Part shown: positions 60,624 to 64,000 of the stretch, in pieces
Layout: each line of letters opens with the position of its first letter
Position numbering within the stretch: the stretch's first letter is position 1
DNA from: Desulfomicrobium sp.
GTDB taxonomy: Bacteria; Desulfobacterota; Desulfovibrionia; Desulfovibrionales; Desulfomicrobiaceae
Reading direction: 5' to 3'
Length of the DNA: 64,000 bases
Assembly (NCBI GenBank): GCA_040768745.1
Contig: JAXGMI010000002.1
Span: forward strand, 320,001 to 384,000
Made by a program: the position numbers and the translations under genes
The notes under the pieces: model-generated
What the model saw: the letters and a program-made list of their open reading frames with translations, nothing else
Databases searched by the model: none
Told to the model about the DNA's origin: nothing

Positions 60624-61696
60624 AGCGCATCCTTGCCCTCGTCGTCATTCTGGGTCTGGCCGGAGGGTACTGGCTCTTCCAGAACCGCGAAAGGTTCTTC
60701 CCCACGCCTGCAGCCCGGGAAGTGGCTCCCCAGCGTTGGCAGGTGGCAACGTCTTCCTCTCCCCCCCCTGTCAACGCCACTGTCCAGATCGCACAGAACG
60801 CCAGCAACGCCACTGCCGAAACAGACCTCAATGCCACGAACGCCAGCGAGGCGCAGACTCCTGTCGGGTCAGACGCCATAGTGACCCATGCCTTTGTGCA
60901 GGATGTGGCAGCCTATCTGGTGGCCAGGTACCTCCCGGCTGGGACCAAACGCAACCCAACGGCCCAGTCCAGGTTTGATCTCAATGTCAAATCCGTGAAC
61001 ATCCGTTACGGGGTGGATTTTCCCGGGCTGAGCGTGGACCCAGCCGACACCCTCGGCGCGCGCAAAAAGATTTTTGAACACGTGTTGCAGGGGCCTGTGA
61101 TCGACTTCCTACACGCAGCCTACACCCCTCTCTTCCTTGACAGTCTGGAAGAGGCCTTGCAGGCCACCACGCACACGCTGTCATCGGGCCAGGCTGCGCC
61201 CATCACAGAGGCCCAGCGCCAGGAGATGCTCTCCTTGTTGTCCGCACGTCTGCAGGGCATCGGGCAGGTCGTTTCGGTGCTGTCCAGTTCCGACGCAGTC
61301 CGCACTCTGGTGGGCAGATATTTGGAAGACATGGACAAGGTCAATCAGGCCCATCTGGATTTCTGGAATCTGCAGACCGAAAAAACCTCCCCGGCAGCCC
61401 TGGACGATGCCAGCGCCAGGATCAAAACCGCCATTCAGAACCGGGAAATCTCCCGCCAGCGCCTGCTGCAGAACATCGTCGCACTGTCCAGCCCCCAGGG
61501 CATGGATGCCTCGGAACTCATCTACCTGGCGCAATGGGTGTACAGAAGGGGGGCCGAAAATCAGAAGCGCCTGGCCATGGTGGGCAAAATCGGCGACCTG
61601 TTGATCCGGACCGCCGGGGCAGTGAAGGAGCGTTCTGGGCAGCCCATGCCGGCAGTGATCGTGGACGCGGGGGGAAACGCCACCGGATCGCAGTGA
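60620..61696 (+). CDS. Membrane-anchored exported hypothetical protein
   Basis: ATGA-coupled to pfkA; N-terminal TM anchor, Ala/Asn/Thr-rich linker, helical C-terminus. Confidence 0.75.
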   Translation: MKRILALVVILGLAGGYWLFQNRERFFPTPAAREVAPQRWQVATSSSPPPVNATVQIAQNASNATAETDLNATNASEAQTPVGSDAIVTHAFVQDVAAYLVARYLPAGTKRNPTAQSRFDLNVKSVNIRYGVDFPGLSVDPADTLGARKKIFEHVLQGPVIDFLHAAYTPLFLDSLEEALQATTHTLSSGQAAPITEAQRQEMLSLLSARLQGIGQVVSVLSSSDAVRTLVGRYLEDMDKVNQAHLDFWNLQTEKTSPAALDDASARIKTAIQNREISRQRLLQNIVALSSPQGMDASELIYLAQWVYRRGAENQKRLAMVGKIGDLLIRTAGAVKERSGQPMPAVIVDAGGNATGSQ

Positions 61697-61698
61697 CC

Positions 61699-62034
61699 TC
61701 AGTTCAAAAACTTTTTGTCCAGCCAGCACGTCTGGACCACGTCGCCGCCTCCTTCATGGAGGACAAACTCGATGCATCCCCGGCTTCCAAGCCGGGGATC
61801 ACATTTTTCATTGTTCCACAAGGTGAGCCAGCCTGGGCCCCATTCGGAATACGGATAGGGCAGCGTGCCGATCAGATACAGCTCCTCCACTGTCCACCCT
61901 GCTTCCTGCAGGGCCTGGCTGTTGGCCTTGATCCATGCCCGGGAACGGGCATGGGCCTTGACCAGTTCCTTGGACATCAAGGGGTGGTCGAGCATCTGAT
62001 CCGTGGCCTCAAGGTCATCCAGAAAAAGGGACAT
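61699..62034 (-). CDS. Hypothetical protein
   Basis: 111-aa ORF (MSLFLDDLE...) with CAGGA SD, downstream of the PilZ gene. Confidence 0.6.
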   Translation of the reverse strand: MSLFLDDLEATDQMLDHPLMSKELVKAHARSRAWIKANSQALQEAGWTVEELYLIGTLPYPYSEWGPGWLTLWNNEKCDPRLGSRGCIEFVLHEGGGDVVQTCWLDKKFLN

Positions 62035-62048
62035 GATTTTTCCTGAGA

Positions 62049-62381
62049 TCACTGCTGGCACATGGAGCGGGTAAACTCCACACCGATCCCGTATCGCGTG
62101 CAGGTCGAGTCCCCAAGATCCCTTGTCCAGCGCACCGTGCCATGAAAACTTCCGTGGCAGCAAACCTCGCACAGACTCGCCTTCTCCGGATGGAGATCGT
62201 GAATCTGGACATAAATGGCGGACCCCGTCCGCAACGGTGTGCTGCACTCCATGCACAGTCCACCCTCGCCCAGGTCCACGAGGCGGGCGTCATAGTAGGC
62301 TTCGCTCCCCATGGGGCTGTATCGCACCGGATTGCTTTGCCGCAACCTCGGGAATCTGCGCCTCTCCTGCTTGCTGATCAT
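62049..62381 (-). CDS. PilZ domain protein
   Basis: ERRRFPR (RxxxR), DLGEGG, G.VRW, GIGVEF; GAGGAGGA SD. Confidence 0.85.
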   Translation of the reverse strand: MISKQERRRFPRLRQSNPVRYSPMGSEAYYDARLVDLGEGGLCMECSTPLRTGSAIYVQIHDLHPEKASLCEVCCHGSFHGTVRWTRDLGDSTCTRYGIGVEFTRSMCQQ

Positions 62382-62662
62382 GGCCGCATCCTCCTCTGTT
62401 GGAAAACCTTTTCCAGTTACTAATGCCTGATTCAGGAAAAGAAAAGCCCGGAAAAAAGACATGCTGGTGTTCTTGTGCGCACGAGCCGCCACGGCACACG
62501 GCAGAGCACATGCGCCGGACGTGCCCTTCGGGGTGGAAGATGGTGTGCGCACAAGCGCAAGGCGGGCGTACCCCGGACCAAGGCCCTTGTCACGGAGGCC
62601 TCCATTTTGTAGCGCCATGAAACCCTTGCCCTCGCGCAACAACCCGATCTTTTGGAGAACGC

Positions 62663-63727
62663 ATGTCCTTGCTCAACACCACCATTGCCGGCATCCGCCC
62701 TCTCGACCCCGCATGTTTCGAGCGGGCCCAGGCCCATCTCGATACCCAGACCAAACCCCGGGGCAGCCTCGGCACCCTGGAAAAAATCGCCTGCCAGCTG
62801 GCGGCCATCGCAGAAGGAAAAGCGCCCGCTGTTGATCCGGTCCGGATCTATACCTGTGCCGGGGATCATGGGGTCGCCTGCCATGGCGTAAGTCATTTCC
62901 CACAGGAGGTGACCCGCCAGATGGTCCAGAATTTCATGGCCGGGGGGGCAGCCATCAATGTCCTGACCCGCACTGCCGGAGTGGACTTGAAGGTGGTGGA
63001 TGCGGGCTGTCTGGGCGGCAGATTTGCTGACCATCCCGCCCTTGTCCAGTGCAAGGTGGGTCCGGGAACCCGGGATTTTACCGCCCAGCCAGCCATGACG
63101 CACGCGGAATGCTGTCAGGCTCTGGAAAACGGCATCGACCTGGCGCATGCAGCCAGAAAGGATGGCATGCGCACCCTCGGCACAGGCGAGATGGGAATCG
63201 CCAACACCACTGCCGCCACCGCCCTGTTTTGCGCCTATCTTGGCCTGCTTCCGCAAGACATCGCCGGCCCGGGCACAGGCCTGTCGTCCAGGGGCGTCCT
63301 GCATAAAATTTCGGTCATCGCGGCGGCCTTGGAGCACCACCGCCAAACCGTGGCGTCGGGAAACCCTTTGGCCATCCTGGCCGCCCTGGGAGGATTCGAA
63401 ATCGCCACCCTGGCCGGCATGCTTCTCGGTGGGGCAAGTCTGAACATGGCCCTGGTGGTCGACGGGTTCATTTCGGCCAGCGCCTTTGTGGCCGCCCGCG
63501 CCATCTGCCCGACAGTCCAGGAATACGCATTCTTTTCCCACGCCTCGGCCGAGCCTGGCTTCGCGGTCGTCATGGACAGGCTCAGCGCCTCCCCCCTTCT
63601 GCACCTGGACATGCGCCTGGGAGAGGGAACCGGGGCCGCCGTAGCCATTTTCATTCTGCGCAGCGCAGCCAACATCTTCAACGAAATGGCAACATTCAGC
63701 GCTGCCGGGGTGCACAGTCCAACATAA
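62663..63727 (+). CDS. cobT: Nicotinate-nucleotide--dimethylbenzimidazole phosphoribosyltransferase
   Basis: TKPRGSLG.LE, GDHGV, GEMGIANTT, GGFEI, VDGFI, MRLGEGTGA. Confidence 0.95.
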   Translation: MSLLNTTIAGIRPLDPACFERAQAHLDTQTKPRGSLGTLEKIACQLAAIAEGKAPAVDPVRIYTCAGDHGVACHGVSHFPQEVTRQMVQNFMAGGAAINVLTRTAGVDLKVVDAGCLGGRFADHPALVQCKVGPGTRDFTAQPAMTHAECCQALENGIDLAHAARKDGMRTLGTGEMGIANTTAATALFCAYLGLLPQDIAGPGTGLSSRGVLHKISVIAAALEHHRQTVASGNPLAILAALGGFEIATLAGMLLGGASLNMALVVDGFISASAFVAARAICPTVQEYAFFSHASAEPGFAVVMDRLSASPLLHLDMRLGEGTGAAVAIFILRSAANIFNEMATFSAAGVHSPT

Positions 63728-63764
63728 GGAAGGGGCGAGGGGATGAATCCCGCCCGCCCCTTCC
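63728..63764. terminator. Hairpin between convergent cobT and hemC
   Basis: GGAAGGGGCG...CGCCCCTTCC inverted repeat; no clear T-run. Confidence 0.45.
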
Positions 63765-63790
63765 TGCTGATTGCGGAACAGCTGTCTTTG

Positions 63791-64000
63791 TCAGGGCATG
63801 GTCCTGTGATACACGCCATCAAGAATCTCCCGGCCACCTGCATCCAGCACGGCCCTGGCCACGGAAGAGCCCAGTTCCCGGGCCTCGTTCACCGGACCCT
63901 GGGCTTCCTTGCGGACAATCCGTTCGCCACACAAATCCGCCACCAGGCCGGTCATGTGCAGGCGGGATCCTGAAAGCGTGGCGAATCCGGCAATGGGAAC
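63791..64000 (-). CDS. hemC: Porphobilinogen deaminase, C-terminal fragment (5' part outside the window)
   Basis: Hand translation: VPIAGFATLSGSRLHMTGLVADLCGERIVRKEAQGPVNEARELGSSVARAVLDAGGREILDGVYHRTMP*. Confidence 0.8.
   Translation of the reverse strand, partial: VPIAGFATLSGSRLHMTGLVADLCGERIVRKEAQGPVNEARELGSSVARAVLDAGGREILDGVYHRTMP

Noticed and set aside
62400..62660. Cobalamin riboswitch upstream of cobT
   Set aside because: No B12-box or GCCACTG/GGGAAG core recognisable

Overview
Gene-dense, GC-rich chromosomal segment of a sulfate-reducing Desulfobacterota bacterium (Desulfomicrobium/Desulfovibrionales-like, inferred from gene content only). About 65 CDSs; no rRNA, tRNA, CRISPR array, IS or prophage recognised by eye. 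Housekeeping blocks include an AhpF-like thioredoxin reductase (partial), asd, metF, pilC, pilT/pilU, ABC-F, mutT, mutY, bamD, trxA, tsaD, fbp, pgsA, mrp, pcm, mgtE, uraA, glnS, nifS/nifU, pfkA, cobT and hemC (partial). Three specialised loci stand out. (1) A biotin operon carrying its own fatty-acid-synthase-like genes: bioB, FabZ-like, FabG-like, long ACP, FabF-like, second FabZ-like, bioF, bioD. (2) The electron-bifurcating hdrCBA-flxDCBA-rubrerythrin operon. (3) Directly upstream of it, the best candidate for an undescribed system: a signal-peptide-less arylsulfate sulfotransferase, a glutaredoxin/degenerate radical-SAM fusion, an orphan lipoyl carrier (GcvH-like) and a dihydrolipoamide dehydrogenase, plus a Crp/Fnr regulator and a divergent DASS/SLC13 transporter. 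The sulfotransferase and transporter upstream regions share a Crp-type box. My hypothesis (inference, untested) is lipoate-dependent reductive release of sulfite from organosulfates. All family calls come from motif recognition; no database searches were run.
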